DNA of 25,864 nt, from the UHGV virus genome UHGV-0869939; one strand, written 5' to 3'. This document shows, one piece after another, positions 7,585-17,647 of the stretch. This DNA comes from a virus. Numbering within the stretch: position 1 is the stretch's first letter; each line of letters begins with the position of its first letter. The notes below the pieces were generated by a model, which was not told where the DNA came from, did no database searches, and saw nothing but the letters and a program-made list of their open reading frames with translations. Position numbers and translations under genes: made by a program.

Positions 7585-7877
7585 CAGATTACGAAGACGA
7601 TCAACTGAAAGAAGAAAACGCCCGTAAGCAACGTGACATGGCGCAGCGTGAAATTGATGACATTCGCTTTGTCATGAGCAGTGAACAGGGGCGTCGCGTT
7701 GTCTGGTCGGTGCTGGAGAAAGGCCGTGTGTTTTCCGCTATCTCACCGATGGACGCTATGGCAATGGCATTTAATGAGGGGCAACGCAATCTGGCGCTGG
7801 AACTGTTTCAGCGCGTTATGGCGCATTGCCCTGAACAGTATTTGAAGATGGCCAAAGAGGCCAGTGAACAGGAGTGA
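7581..7877 (+). CDS. Hypothetical protein between portal and scaffold
   Basis: 98 aa; ATGA overlap with the portal stop; function unknown. Confidence 0.5.
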   Translation: MTDYEDDQLKEENARKQRDMAQREIDDIRFVMSSEQGRRVVWSVLEKGRVFSAISPMDAMAMAFNEGQRNLALELFQRVMAHCPEQYLKMAKEASEQE

Positions 7878-7879
7878 TC

Positions 7880-8575
7880 ATGAGTTTATTTGAGCGTTTG
7901 CTGTATCGCCGTCTTTGCAATGAGCAACCAGTCGATGGTGGAGCAGCTCCGGCTGCGTCAGAACCGTCAGCGCCTGCAGGTGATAACCCTGCTCCAGTTG
8001 GTGATCCATCACAACAGGAAGGTGATAAGCCACAACCTGTTGCTGATGGCGATAAACCTGCTGATGACAAAAAGCCTGAAAACGATAAGCAGGATGAAAA
8101 AAAGGACGGCGATAAACCAGAGGGTGCGCCTGAGAAGTACGAGTTTCAGGCTGCCGAAGGCGTAGAGCTGGATACAGAAGCGTTGAAGGAATTCGAGCCG
8201 GTGGCGCGAGAACTTAACCTGACCAACGAGCAAGCGCAAAAGCTGGTTGATGCTTATCCGAAGATTCTGGCAGGTGTTCAGCAGCGCCAGGCAGAAGCCT
8301 GGCAGAAAACAACCGAGCAGTGGGCTGCGGATGTAAAAGCTGACAAAGAAATCGGTGGCGGCAAGTTGATTTCTAACCTTAGCGTCGCACAGCGTGCGCT
8401 TGACCAGTTCGGGACACCTGAACTCAAAGAATATCTGAACACCACCGGGCTGGGTAATCACCCTGATCTGGTCAAAACGTTCGTGAGAATCGGAAAGGCG
8501 ATGTCTGAAGATGGCATGGTCACCGGTGGTAATGAAGGCCAGCGTAGTGCGGCCGAAGTGCTCTATGGCAAATAA
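7880..8575 (+). CDS. Scaffolding-like protein (acidic, Pro/Asp/Lys-rich N-terminus)
   Basis: AGGAG RBS at 7870-7874 then ATG at 7880; low-complexity acidic N-terminal third and helical C-terminal part; lies between portal and capsid. Confidence 0.5.
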   Translation: MSLFERLLYRRLCNEQPVDGGAAPAASEPSAPAGDNPAPVGDPSQQEGDKPQPVADGDKPADDKKPENDKQDEKKDGDKPEGAPEKYEFQAAEGVELDTEALKEFEPVARELNLTNEQAQKLVDAYPKILAGVQQRQAEAWQKTTEQWAADVKADKEIGGGKLISNLSVAQRALDQFGTPELKEYLNTTGLGNHPDLVKTFVRIGKAMSEDGMVTGGNEGQRSAAEVLYGK

Positions 8576-8589
8576 GAGAGGAAATGACA

Positions 8590-9576
8590 ATGGCTGTTAA
8601 AGGCTTAACTGCGCTAACGCTGGCTGACTGGGGTAAGCGCGTCGATCCAAACGGGAAAGTCGATAAGATTATCGAGCTTCTCGGTCAAACAAACCCGATC
8701 CTTCAGGATATGCCTTTTGTCGAAGGGAACCTTCCTACCGGACACCGAACCACCATTCGTTCTGGTTTACCTTCAGCTACCTGGCGTTTGCTGAACTATG
8801 GCGTACAGCCAAGCAAATCAACCACAGTGCAGGTAACCGATTACGTTGGCATGCTGGAAACCTATGCTGAAGTCGATAAATCACTGGCTGATCTGAACGG
8901 CAATACCGCTGAATTCCGCCTGTCTGAAGACCGCGCATTTATTGAAGCGATGAATCAGCAGATGGCGCAGACGCTGTTTTATGGTGATTCCAGCGTTAAC
9001 CCTCAGCAGTTTATGGGACTGTCCTCCCGCTATTCCAGCCTGTCTGCGGGTAATGCTCAGAACATCATTGATGCTGGTGGCACGGGTACAGATAACACCT
9101 CAATCTGGTTAGTGGTGTGGGGCGAAAACACCGTGCATGGCATCTTCCCGAAAGGGCAGAAGGCTGGCATCCAGATGGAAGATAAAGGCCAGGTGACACT
9201 GGAAGATGCGAATGGCGGCAAGTACGAAGGCTACCGTACCCATTACAAATGGGACAACGGACTTGCTCTGCGTGACTGGCGTTATGTTGTTCGCATTGCA
9301 AACATCGATGTCAGCAATCTTTCAGAACCTTCCTCTGCCGCAGATATTGCGAAGTTGATGGTTAAAGCACTGCATCGCATTCCAAATCGTGGCATGGGTC
9401 GCCCGGTGTTCTACATGAACCGCACTGTAGGCCAGGCTCTTGATCTGCAATCTCTGGAGAAAACATCTCTGGCGATCAGCGTAAAAGAGACAGAAGGCGA
9501 GTGGTGGACTTCATTCCGTGGTGTACCAATCCGTGAAACTGATGCGCTTCTGGAAACAGAAGCCCGCGTGGTGTAA
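8590..9576 (+). CDS. Major capsid protein
   Basis: About 330 aa directly after the scaffold gene; strong AGAGAGG RBS spaced correctly for the ATG at 8590 (the ATG at 8584 is too close); followed by a stem-loop typical of capsid gene 3' ends. Family not verified. Confidence 0.6.
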   Translation: MAVKGLTALTLADWGKRVDPNGKVDKIIELLGQTNPILQDMPFVEGNLPTGHRTTIRSGLPSATWRLLNYGVQPSKSTTVQVTDYVGMLETYAEVDKSLADLNGNTAEFRLSEDRAFIEAMNQQMAQTLFYGDSSVNPQQFMGLSSRYSSLSAGNAQNIIDAGGTGTDNTSIWLVVWGENTVHGIFPKGQKAGIQMEDKGQVTLEDANGGKYEGYRTHYKWDNGLALRDWRYVVRIANIDVSNLSEPSSAADIAKLMVKALHRIPNRGMGRPVFYMNRTVGQALDLQSLEKTSLAISVKETEGEWWTSFRGVPIRETDALLETEARVV

Positions 9577-9592
9577 CGCCTGTTATTAACCT

Positions 9593-9612
9593 GTGGGTCG
9601 TAACAGACCCAC
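9593..9612 (+). other. Stem-loop after the capsid gene (possible partial terminator or mRNA-stability element)
   Basis: GTGGGTC-GTAACA-GACCCAC perfect 7-bp stem with no U-tract. Confidence 0.4.
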
Positions 9613-9627
9613 TAATGGAGAAAGAAG

Positions 9628-10065
9628 ATGATCACCGACAAACTGTTGATGTTCTCCGAAGCTCAGGCGGTTACGAATACCGCGGCTTCTACTGACGTAA
9701 TCGATCTCGGTCCAATTGACGGAAAACGTCGTGATATCGGCGTGGGTTATCCGCTTGAGTTTTGGGTGCTGGTTAACGAAGCCGCCACGGCAAGTGGTGA
9801 GGAAACTGTAAACATCCAGTTGCAGACGAGTGAGAATAACAGCTCATGGTCCACTATTTATGATAGTGGCGCACTGGCAAAGGATACCCTGACAGCAGGT
9901 AAACGAGTTGTTTCTGCAAAGGTGCCTGCCGGTGTTCAGCGATATCTGCGTGTTAACTACTCCGTCGCAACTGGCCCACTAACGGCCGGCAAATTCACTG
10001 CGGGTATCAGTCTGGATGTTGATGCCAATACGCCGTATCCGATCCGCTCAAAAGTAACTGGTTAA
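9628..10065 (+). CDS. Putative head decoration or minor capsid protein
   Basis: 145 aa, Thr/Ser/Val-rich beta-type composition; position immediately after the capsid gene; GGAG RBS. Confidence 0.35.
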   Translation: MITDKLLMFSEAQAVTNTAASTDVIDLGPIDGKRRDIGVGYPLEFWVLVNEAATASGEETVNIQLQTSENNSSWSTIYDSGALAKDTLTAGKRVVSAKVPAGVQRYLRVNYSVATGPLTAGKFTAGISLDVDANTPYPIRSKVTG

Positions 10066-10075
10066 GGTGATATTG

Positions 10076-10411
10076 ATGTCAGGTGAGAAACCAAGATACC
10101 GCGTTCTGCGCCTCTCTCATATCCATAACACTCTGTGGCCGGAGGGGGCAGAAATCGAATACGAAGGTGAGCCTGGTAGCGCACTGGAACCTGTTAACGA
10201 TGCAGCCAGACAGGCAAAAGCAAAAGTTGCAGGAAAGGTGTCAATGGCAGCAACCAGCACCAAAATCATCAACGATGTGTCAGATGATGGTGAACTGGAT
10301 AAGCTCCGTGAAGAGTACGAATTGCTCTTTAACCAGAAGCCACACCATAACGCCAAAGCCGAAACGCTCCGCGAGAAGATCGCAGATAAGCGTAAAGAAC
10401 TGGGCGTGTAA
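10076..10411 (+). CDS. Hypothetical virion-module protein
   Basis: AAGGTGA RBS then ATG at 10076 (the track ORF begins at GTG 10067); followed by a terminator hairpin. Confidence 0.45.
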   Translation: MSGEKPRYRVLRLSHIHNTLWPEGAEIEYEGEPGSALEPVNDAARQAKAKVAGKVSMAATSTKIINDVSDDGELDKLREEYELLFNQKPHHNAKAETLREKIADKRKELGV

Positions 10412-10427
10412 GCCTCGCGGATCAGAC

Positions 10428-10450
10428 AAGGGGCTTCGGCCCCTTTATTG
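10428..10450 (+). terminator. Rho-independent terminator candidate
   Basis: Stem AAGGGGC/GCCCCTT with loop TTCG, followed by TATTG. Confidence 0.5.
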
Positions 10451-10461
10451 CAGGAGTGTAT

Positions 10462-10785
10462 ATGGAACTCGTAAACCTCAAAACCGGCACTGACAGCTAC
10501 CAGGATGAGAGCGGAGAAACCAGAACTCGCGATGAATACCCGTGGGGGCTGTGCATCACGCTGAATAACGACACATTGAATAAGCTGAAGGCGCAACCTA
10601 AGGGCGTCGGAACGGAAGTGATGATAACTGCAAAGGCTGTTATTCGAGGCCTGTCTGCCAGAGAAACTGACGATGGCGTTAATCGCAGCGCCGATCTGCA
10701 GATCACTGATATGGCGATCGCTCCTGTTTCCGGGGATGTAGAAAAATCAGCGGCTGAAACTCTGTACGGTAACGGAGGTGAGTGA
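10462..10785 (+). CDS. Hypothetical virion-module protein
   Basis: AGGAG RBS then ATG at 10462; stop overlaps the next start (TGATG). Confidence 0.45.
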   Translation: MELVNLKTGTDSYQDESGETRTRDEYPWGLCITLNNDTLNKLKAQPKGVGTEVMITAKAVIRGLSARETDDGVNRSADLQITDMAIAPVSGDVEKSAAETLYGNGGE

Positions 10786-11390
10786 TGGCCTCTGTAGTAG
10801 AGATCTGTAATCGTGCGCTGTCCAATATTGGCAACAGCCGCAGCATTAACAGCCTGACGGAAGCCAGCAAGGAAGCGGGGGAATGTTCGCTGCACTTTGA
10901 GGCCTGCCGTGATACTGTGCTTTCTGATTTTGACTGGAACTTTGCTACCAAACGCGTGGCGCTTGCAGATACGAGCAATCCACCGCCTGACTGGGAATAT
11001 GCGTACCAGTACCCGTCAGATTGTCTGCGCATTACTGAAATTATGCTTCCTGGTGTACGCAATCCAACAGCAGCAATGCGCGTTCAGTACGAAGTTGGTG
11101 CAGACACCAACGGAACAGGAAAGTTGATCTACACAGACCAGCCTCAGGCATGGCTCAAGTATGTCTCTCGCGTTACAGATGTGAACATGTTTGATGCCAT
11201 TTTTATGGAGGCGTTGGCCTGGCGTCTTGCGGCAGCTATTAACATGGCGCTGACTGGGAATGCAGACCTCGGTACGTTTGCCCTCAATATGTACAATCGC
11301 GTGATTCTTAGTGCTGGCTCGCATAGCCAGAATGAATCACAGGAACCACAGCCACCGGTTGACGAGTTTACCATTGCGAGGTTGTCCTGA
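10785..11390 (+). CDS. Tail tubular protein A / adaptor (T7 gp11-like)
   Basis: About 200 aa (T7 gp11 is similar in size); sits directly before a roughly 820 aa gp12-like gene; ACGGAGGTGA RBS; ATGA-type overlaps at both ends. Confidence 0.55.
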   Translation: MASVVEICNRALSNIGNSRSINSLTEASKEAGECSLHFEACRDTVLSDFDWNFATKRVALADTSNPPPDWEYAYQYPSDCLRITEIMLPGVRNPTAAMRVQYEVGADTNGTGKLIYTDQPQAWLKYVSRVTDVNMFDAIFMEALAWRLAAAINMALTGNADLGTFALNMYNRVILSAGSHSQNESQEPQPPVDEFTIARLS

Positions 11391-13861
11391 TGGCTATCAG
11401 TTGGATCCAGCCCAGCTTTGCTGGTGGTGAGATTGGACCGTCGTTGTACGGACGTATCGACATGGCGAAGTACCAGGTGGCATTGCGCAAGTGCGATAAC
11501 TTTATCGTGCGGCAGTATGGCGGCGTTGAGAATCGACCTGGTACGCGTTTTGTCGGTGCCGCCAAATATCCAAATCGGAAATGCCGCCTGATCCCGTTCC
11601 AGTTCTCGACGGTTCAGACTTATGCTCTGGAGTTCGGACACCAGTACATGCGCGTTATCAAAGATGGTGCGTTGGTGCTGAACAGCAGCAATGTTATTTA
11701 TGAAATTTCCACGCCATATACTGAAGCCGATCTGTTCCGAATTAAATTCACGCAAAGCGCAGACGTGCTTACGCTGGTTCATCCGGCATACCCGCCGAAA
11801 GAGTTGCGCCGCTATGCGCATGACAACTGGCAACTGGTTGATGTGGTAACGAAGAACGGGCCATTTGAAGATATCAATATTGACGAGTCAGTGACGGTTT
11901 ATGCCAGCGCCAGCACCGGGACAATTACGCTAACGGCAAGCGCCTCTATTTTTGGCGCGGAGCAGGTAGGCAAATTGTTCTATCTGGAACAGCCTGCAGT
12001 GGATTCTGTGCCGGTATGGGAAACCAGTAAGAGTACGTCGATTGGCGATATTCGCCGAGCAGACAGTAACTACTATCGCGCCGTTAAAGCAGGCAAAACA
12101 GGTACTTTGCGCCCTTCGCATACAGAAGGCACATCATGGGATGGCTGGGGCGGATCCGGTGATGATGATACCGGCATTGAGTGGGAGTATCTGCACAGTG
12201 GTTTTGGCATTGCCCGTATCTCTGCTGCAAATGGAACTACTGCAACTGCCGAGGTGATTTCCTATATCCCTTCGCAGGTAGTTGGCGAGGATAATGCCAG
12301 CTATAAATGGGCTAAATATGCCTGGAACAGTATTAACGGTTATCCTGGCACTGTTGTTTATTATCAACAACGCCTTTACTTCGCCGCATCGACTGCGTTC
12401 CCTCAGACTATCTGGGCCAGCCGTACCGGGGATTATAAGGATTTTGGCAAAAGCAATCCTACGCAGGATGACGACAGAATTATCTACACCTATGCCGGGC
12501 GTCAGGTTAATGAGATCCGTCACCTGATTGATGTTGGTTCGCTGGTGGCGCTGACTTCCGGAGGTGAGTACGTCATCACTGGCGACCAGAACAAAGTGCT
12601 TACCCCATCATCATTTGCATTCAGCTCTCAGGGATCAAATGGCTCGAGCAATGTCCCACCAATTGCCGTGGCGAATATTGCTCTGTTCGTCCAGGAGAAA
12701 GGCAGTGTTGTCCGTGATCTGGCCTACTCATTCGATGTTGACGGCTATCAGGGGAACGACCTGACCATCCTTGCCAATCATCTTTTTCAGAAGCACAGCA
12801 TTGTTGACTGGTGCTTCTCTATTGTCCCTTACTCCAGCGCCTTCTGCATTCGTGATGACGGTAAATTACTGGTGATGACCTATTTGCGTGATCAGCAGGT
12901 TTTTGCATGGGCACCACAATCCAGTACCGGAAAATATGAAAGCACATGCAGTATCAGCGAAGGAAATGAAGATGCGGTGTATTTCGTCGTTAACCGAACC
13001 GTTAACGGGCAAACAGTGAGATACATCGAGCGACTGTCCAGCCGTTTATTTACCAGCGATGAAGATGCTTTCTTTGTTGATTCTGGCCTTAGCTATGATG
13101 GAAGAAATACGTCTGACAGAACGATGACCATCACTGGTGGTTCTGGTGAATGGGATTACCGCGCGGAATATACAATCAGTGTTTCTGGTGGTGCGTACTT
13201 CACCAGTAGTGATGTCGGCGCGCAACTACAGTTCCCTTATACCGGAACTGATCCTGATACTGGTGATGAGGTGTCAAAAGAATTACGTTGCGACATTATT
13301 TCTGTAACCAGCAATACCGCTGTAGTGGTTCGTGCTAACAGGAACGTCCCGCCATCCCTCAGGAATGTGGCCACCACGAACTGGCAGATGGCGCGCCGGA
13401 CATTTGGAGGCCTGTCTCATCTTGAAGGCCAGACCGTAAACATTCTCTCTGATGCGAACGTGGAACCACAGAAAGTGGTTTCCGGAGGTGCCGTCACGCT
13501 GGAATCACCGGGGGCTGTAGTGCACATCGGCCTGCCAATAACTGCTGAATTCGAAACACTGGATATCAACATTAACGGACAGGAAACGCTGCTGGACAAA
13601 AAACAGGTGATCCCGTCCGTTACTCTGGTTGTGAATGCCAGTCGCGGCATCTGGGCGACTACGCCCGGCGGTAAATGGTACGAATATCCACAGCGTGAAT
13701 TCGAGTTCTACGATGATCCTGTTGATGATGCTACCGGAAAAGTAGAAGTGAAACTGGACAGTAACTGGGGCAAAAACGGACGTGTAAAAATCCGTCAGCT
13801 TGATCCGTTGCCGCTGTCTGTTCTTGCCGTTATTCCTCGCCTTACTGTTGGTGGGTTCTGA
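11390..13861 (+). CDS. Tail tubular protein B / nozzle (T7 gp12-like)
   Basis: 823 aa, size and position matching T7 gp12; overlapping start and stop codons with neighbours. Confidence 0.6.
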   Translation: MAISWIQPSFAGGEIGPSLYGRIDMAKYQVALRKCDNFIVRQYGGVENRPGTRFVGAAKYPNRKCRLIPFQFSTVQTYALEFGHQYMRVIKDGALVLNSSNVIYEISTPYTEADLFRIKFTQSADVLTLVHPAYPPKELRRYAHDNWQLVDVVTKNGPFEDINIDESVTVYASASTGTITLTASASIFGAEQVGKLFYLEQPAVDSVPVWETSKSTSIGDIRRADSNYYRAVKAGKTGTLRPSHTEGTSWDGWGGSGDDDTGIEWEYLHSGFGIARISAANGTTATAEVISYIPSQVVGEDNASYKWAKYAWNSINGYPGTVVYYQQRLYFAASTAFPQTIWASRTGDYKDFGKSNPTQDDDRIIYTYAGRQVNEIRHLIDVGSLVALTSGGEYVITGDQNKVLTPSSFAFSSQGSNGSSNVPPIAVANIALFVQEKGSVVRDLAYSFDVDGYQGNDLTILANHLFQKHSIVDWCFSIVPYSSAFCIRDDGKLLVMTYLRDQQVFAWAPQSSTGKYESTCSISEGNEDAVYFVVNRTVNGQTVRYIERLSSRLFTSDEDAFFVDSGLSYDGRNTSDRTMTITGGSGEWDYRAEYTISVSGGAYFTSSDVGAQLQFPYTGTDPDTGDEVSKELRCDIISVTSNTAVVVRANRNVPPSLRNVATTNWQMARRTFGGLSHLEGQTVNILSDANVEPQKVVSGGAVTLESPGAVVHIGLPITAEFETLDININGQETLLDKKQVIPSVTLVVNASRGIWATTPGGKWYEYPQREFEFYDDPVDDATGKVEVKLDSNWGKNGRVKIRQLDPLPLSVLAVIPRLTVGGF

Positions 13862-14325
13862 TGATCGATGTTCGAATTGTTCCCGCTACCGAAGAGCATC
13901 TTCAGATGATTTTGCCGGATGTTCGTCAGGCTGATATTGACGAACTGTATGCGGTATCACTGATGACTACCGAAGATGCGCTGCGTGTTGGTCTGCGTAC
14001 TGCGACTATGGCCTGGTCAGGATTTGCGAACGGAGAACTGGTAACCATGTTTGGCGTATCTCCGGCGTCAATGATCGGTGGCAATGGTACGCCCTGGCTG
14101 GTCGGAACCAGCCGTATCGAAAAATATCAGAAGACATTTCTTCGCCACTGCCGCCCTGTATTGCAGCAGATGCTGGCAGTTTATCCGCGCCTGGAAAACT
14201 ACGTCGACGAGCGAAACCATGTTGCCAAAGCATGGCTGCACTGGCTTGGATTCAGGCTTGAAGAAGCTGCGCCTTATGGTGCTCTTGGTCTTAATTTCCA
14301 CAGATTTCACATGGAGAGAAAATAA
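13861..14325 (+). CDS. Internal virion protein A-like (gp13 position)
   Basis: 154 aa in the gp13 position; KAWLHWLGFRLEE resembles an acetyltransferase-like fold motif; assignment is by position. Confidence 0.4.
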   Translation: MIDVRIVPATEEHLQMILPDVRQADIDELYAVSLMTTEDALRVGLRTATMAWSGFANGELVTMFGVSPASMIGGNGTPWLVGTSRIEKYQKTFLRHCRPVLQQMLAVYPRLENYVDERNHVAKAWLHWLGFRLEEAAPYGALGLNFHRFHMERK

Positions 14326-14900
14326 TGTGCGATCCGGTTATTGCTGGTGGCGCAATGCTCGCCATGAGTGGCATTCAGGCATACACCCAGTACCAACAGG
14401 GAAAGTATGCCTCGAAGGTTGCAGAAGCGAACGCAGATATAGCCACAGCTCAGGCAAATGATGCAATAAACAGAGGTAACGCTGAAGCTGAGCAACGGCG
14501 CAGAGAGACACGACAGCGGCTTGGTACACAGGCGGCGACAATGGGGGCTACCGGCGCTGATTTATCTACAGGTAACGCGCTGGATATATTTGGCGACACT
14601 GCCCAGTTTGGCGCTCTTGATTCTCTGACGACGGTGAATAACGCGCAACGCGAGGCTTACGGTTATCAGGTTCAGGCTGCCAACTATAAAGCAGAAGCCA
14701 GTTCAGCCCGTAAACAGGGGAATGTAGGAGCAGCAACAACATTGCTCACTGCGCCTCTGAAGGCATACGGTGCGTACCAGATGTTTGGTGGGACGTGGAG
14801 TCCGTTCTCTAAAGGAAGTACATCTAGTGGTGGGACGCCAATGTTATCTAACTCAGGTTTTATGAATTCTGACTCCCGATTCAAAATAGGAGGTTACTGA
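14325..14900 (+). CDS. Internal virion protein B-like (gp14 position)
   Basis: 191 aa, Ala/Gln/Gly-rich; GGAGAG RBS; position and size as T7 gp14. Confidence 0.5.
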   Translation: MCDPVIAGGAMLAMSGIQAYTQYQQGKYASKVAEANADIATAQANDAINRGNAEAEQRRRETRQRLGTQAATMGATGADLSTGNALDIFGDTAQFGALDSLTTVNNAQREAYGYQVQAANYKAEASSARKQGNVGAATTLLTAPLKAYGAYQMFGGTWSPFSKGSTSSGGTPMLSNSGFMNSDSRFKIGGY

Positions 14901-17647
14901 TGCCTGTTGTTCCTACTACATCCGGACGCCAGGTGCAAAGTCGTGGTGTGCAAACCGGTGGTTTTCAAACCTTCGATGTTCCTCAAGCAGGTCAGGTGCT
15001 GGCGAATGTCGCAGATCAGTATGCGGTGGCATATGGTGAAGCCAGGCAGAAAGCGAATGTTGCTATGGCCCAGGAGGCGTTACTGCAATTTAACCAATTT
15101 GCAGATGACCAGATTAACAACCCAGAAAATGGGCTGATTTCTAAACAGGGTAAAAACGCTCTTGGTCAGAGTGACGCTGTTATGAAAAATATGCAGGAAA
15201 GGGCTCAGGCATTATTAGGCTCAATTCCTGAAAGTGAGGAAAGGAATAAATTATCCTTTCAACTCCAGCAGTCTATGCAGTCTTATTACAATCAGGCACG
15301 TCGATATGAAGTTGGGCAGTTTCAGCAATTCCAAGATCAAACGTATTTGTCAGGAAATGCATTGGCTGTCACTCAGTCTGCGGGGCTATATAGCGATAAC
15401 CAAGCATTTGTCGATTTAGCCAAGCAGCGATTTGAATCTATTGATCAATACGCTGATGCGCATGGGCTTCCTGATGAGTGGCGTGTTCAGCAGAAAACTC
15501 AGCTCAAGGAACAAATGGGGCAGCAAGCATGGATAGGAAATATCGCTCAAAAATACAACGAGTTTCTTCAGGTTAATGGAGAGCCAGGGGATCTTGACGG
15601 TGTGAGCCGTGCAATGTCACATGGTAATTCATTGGATGCTCGTGGTTTACGTAATAATAATCCTGGTAATATTGAAGCGAGCAAATCTAACCCGTGGGAA
15701 GGTCAGATCGGTAGCGATGGACGTTTTGCAACGTTTGCTACCCCTGAGCATGGAATCCGCGCGTTGGGTAAAAATATGTTGTCTTACCAGCGTCAAGGCT
15801 ATGACACCGTTAGCGAGATTGTTAATCGTTATGCTCCGGCTAGTGATGGTAATAATACTGATGCTTATATTAGGGCATTGTGTGGTGAGCTTGGTGTTGG
15901 GGAGAATGATCAGCTTGATATCTCTAACCCAAAGACACTAGCTGCTTTATGTGCTGGGATTATTAAACACGAAAATGGCAGTATGCCTTATAGCACCGAA
16001 CAGCTTGAAACTGGTATCTCGGCAGCCCTTGGTCTAACTAACCTTGATTCACCTAAGCGTTATACGGGCAATGCGGCATTTGATGCTATGAGCCCTCAAA
16101 TGCAAATACAGGCATTGAGGCAGGCTAATGAGCTGAGAAATCAGTACCGCCAGCAGTATGCGGACCAGCTTAGCACCGTAGTTAAAGATGCATATTCAGC
16201 CCTTGATGAAGGATTGAAACCTGAGCAGTTACCTTCTGAGGACGATTTTATCCGGGCCAATGGTCCGCGCATTGGCGCTATGAAGTGGAAGGATATGCAG
16301 GCGCAGATACAATATGGAGGTGTCATTGGTGCCGCTAAAGACCTCACTCCAGAAGGACGACAAGACATTCTTGAACGTTTACGTCCACAGGATCCAAACG
16401 CTCCTGGATTTGCAGCTAACCAGCAACGCTGGGAGAAAATGCAGGCCAAATTTAAAGAGATGGATAGGGAGTGGGAGATTCAGCAGGGAAGAAACAGGTT
16501 CGTGTCTTCAATGCAAAATAACTTCCCGCTGGACCCGAACGACAAAAACAATCAGGCAGCGGTAGACCGTTATTTCGCGCAGGATATCGCGCCTTCGTTT
16601 TCCATATCTGATCCGCAGAGCATCAATACACTGGTCACCGTCACAACTAAAAGCGGCATGATACCAACTCAGGTTAAAACAATGCTTAACAGTGGAGCAA
16701 CATCAAGAGATCCTGCGCTGGTTGTCCCGATGGCAAAATTCTACGGTCAGTTATTCGATAATAATCCGGCGGCAGCGGCAACACTTGATAAAAGTACGAT
16801 GGCATTTTACGGCAAGGTTTACGATTATTCCCGCGCTGGCGTGCCGGAGGATAAGGCTGTTGATATGGCTTACAGCCAGGTGTTCCAACAGGATGACCGA
16901 ATGAAACAGATGCTTTCCACTGCCATGCGAGACAAAAAATATGTCGCGGCGAGGGCAACTGCTGCACAAAATAACGCCAGCAGTCTGACTTCCTTTGGTT
17001 CGTGGTCTCCGGATATTACCGATCCAGGAAAATCAAATGCGGCCTATCAGCGAGATTACCAGACAATTTACGATGCTAACTTTGTACAGACAGGTGGCGA
17101 TGCAGAACAGGCTGAGAAAATGACCAATGCCATGATCAGAACCACTTGGGGAGTTTCTACGGTTAATGGCAAAGCAGAGGTTATGAAGTATGCACCTGAG
17201 GCATTGTACGGAGTAAATAATGGTGCTGGTAACTGGATACAGGGGCAGTGGGAGCAGGAAAAACGCGAGCTTAAATCAAAATCCTTTGGCGGTCCTCGCA
17301 GTGATACGGACTTAATACTTGTTTCTGATGGCCTTACGGCAAGGGATAGGAGTTATGCTGTTATGGTTTTACAGCCTGACGCAAACGGAGCGATAGAACC
17401 GAGAAATTATATTGGAGAAAATGGTCTCCCTGTTCGTTTCAAGCCGGATCAGCTGACATCTCCAATGTACAGGCAAACCATTCAGTTCCAGCAACAGCGT
17501 GTTGATGAGGCTAGAGTGCGGAGAGAAGGCAATCCGCTGCCGCAGTTCAGCAATAAAGATGGATATACTCCTCCAGATCTGACCAAACCATTCGGTTATG
17601 GTTCAGCCAATTACCTTCCGAGCAATATATACGCAGGGGGCAAATAA
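14900..17647 (+). CDS. Internal virion (core/ejection) protein C-like (gp15 position) with an embedded conserved-looking domain
   Basis: 915 aa; TAGGAGG RBS; contains an AT-rich segment encoding GLRNNNPGNIEAS...WEGQ...GRFATFATPEHGIRALGKNMLSYQRQGYDTVSEIVNRYAP. Confidence 0.55.
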   Translation: MPVVPTTSGRQVQSRGVQTGGFQTFDVPQAGQVLANVADQYAVAYGEARQKANVAMAQEALLQFNQFADDQINNPENGLISKQGKNALGQSDAVMKNMQERAQALLGSIPESEERNKLSFQLQQSMQSYYNQARRYEVGQFQQFQDQTYLSGNALAVTQSAGLYSDNQAFVDLAKQRFESIDQYADAHGLPDEWRVQQKTQLKEQMGQQAWIGNIAQKYNEFLQVNGEPGDLDGVSRAMSHGNSLDARGLRNNNPGNIEASKSNPWEGQIGSDGRFATFATPEHGIRALGKNMLSYQRQGYDTVSEIVNRYAPASDGNNTDAYIRALCGELGVGENDQLDISNPKTLAALCAGIIKHENGSMPYSTEQLETGISAALGLTNLDSPKRYTGNAAFDAMSPQMQIQALRQANELRNQYRQQYADQLSTVVKDAYSALDEGLKPEQLPSEDDFIRANGPRIGAMKWKDMQAQIQYGGVIGAAKDLTPEGRQDILERLRPQDPNAPGFAANQQRWEKMQAKFKEMDREWEIQQGRNRFVSSMQNNFPLDPNDKNNQAAVDRYFAQDIAPSFSISDPQSINTLVTVTTKSGMIPTQVKTMLNSGATSRDPALVVPMAKFYGQLFDNNPAAAATLDKSTMAFYGKVYDYSRAGVPEDKAVDMAYSQVFQQDDRMKQMLSTAMRDKKYVAARATAAQNNASSLTSFGSWSPDITDPGKSNAAYQRDYQTIYDANFVQTGGDAEQAEKMTNAMIRTTWGVSTVNGKAEVMKYAPEALYGVNNGAGNWIQGQWEQEKRELKSKSFGGPRSDTDLILVSDGLTARDRSYAVMVLQPDANGAIEPRNYIGENGLPVRFKPDQLTSPMYRQTIQFQQQRVDEARVRREGNPLPQFSNKDGYTPPDLTKPFGYGSANYLPSNIYAGGK

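Noticed and set aside
8009-8590. 193-aa minus-strand ORF antisense to the scaffold-like gene
   Set aside because: Completely overlapped by a + strand gene with RBS and operon context; Leu/Phe-rich antisense-type composition.
11144-11833. 229-aa minus-strand ORF spanning the gp11/gp12-like junction
   Set aside because: Antisense to two translationally coupled structural genes; no independent signals.
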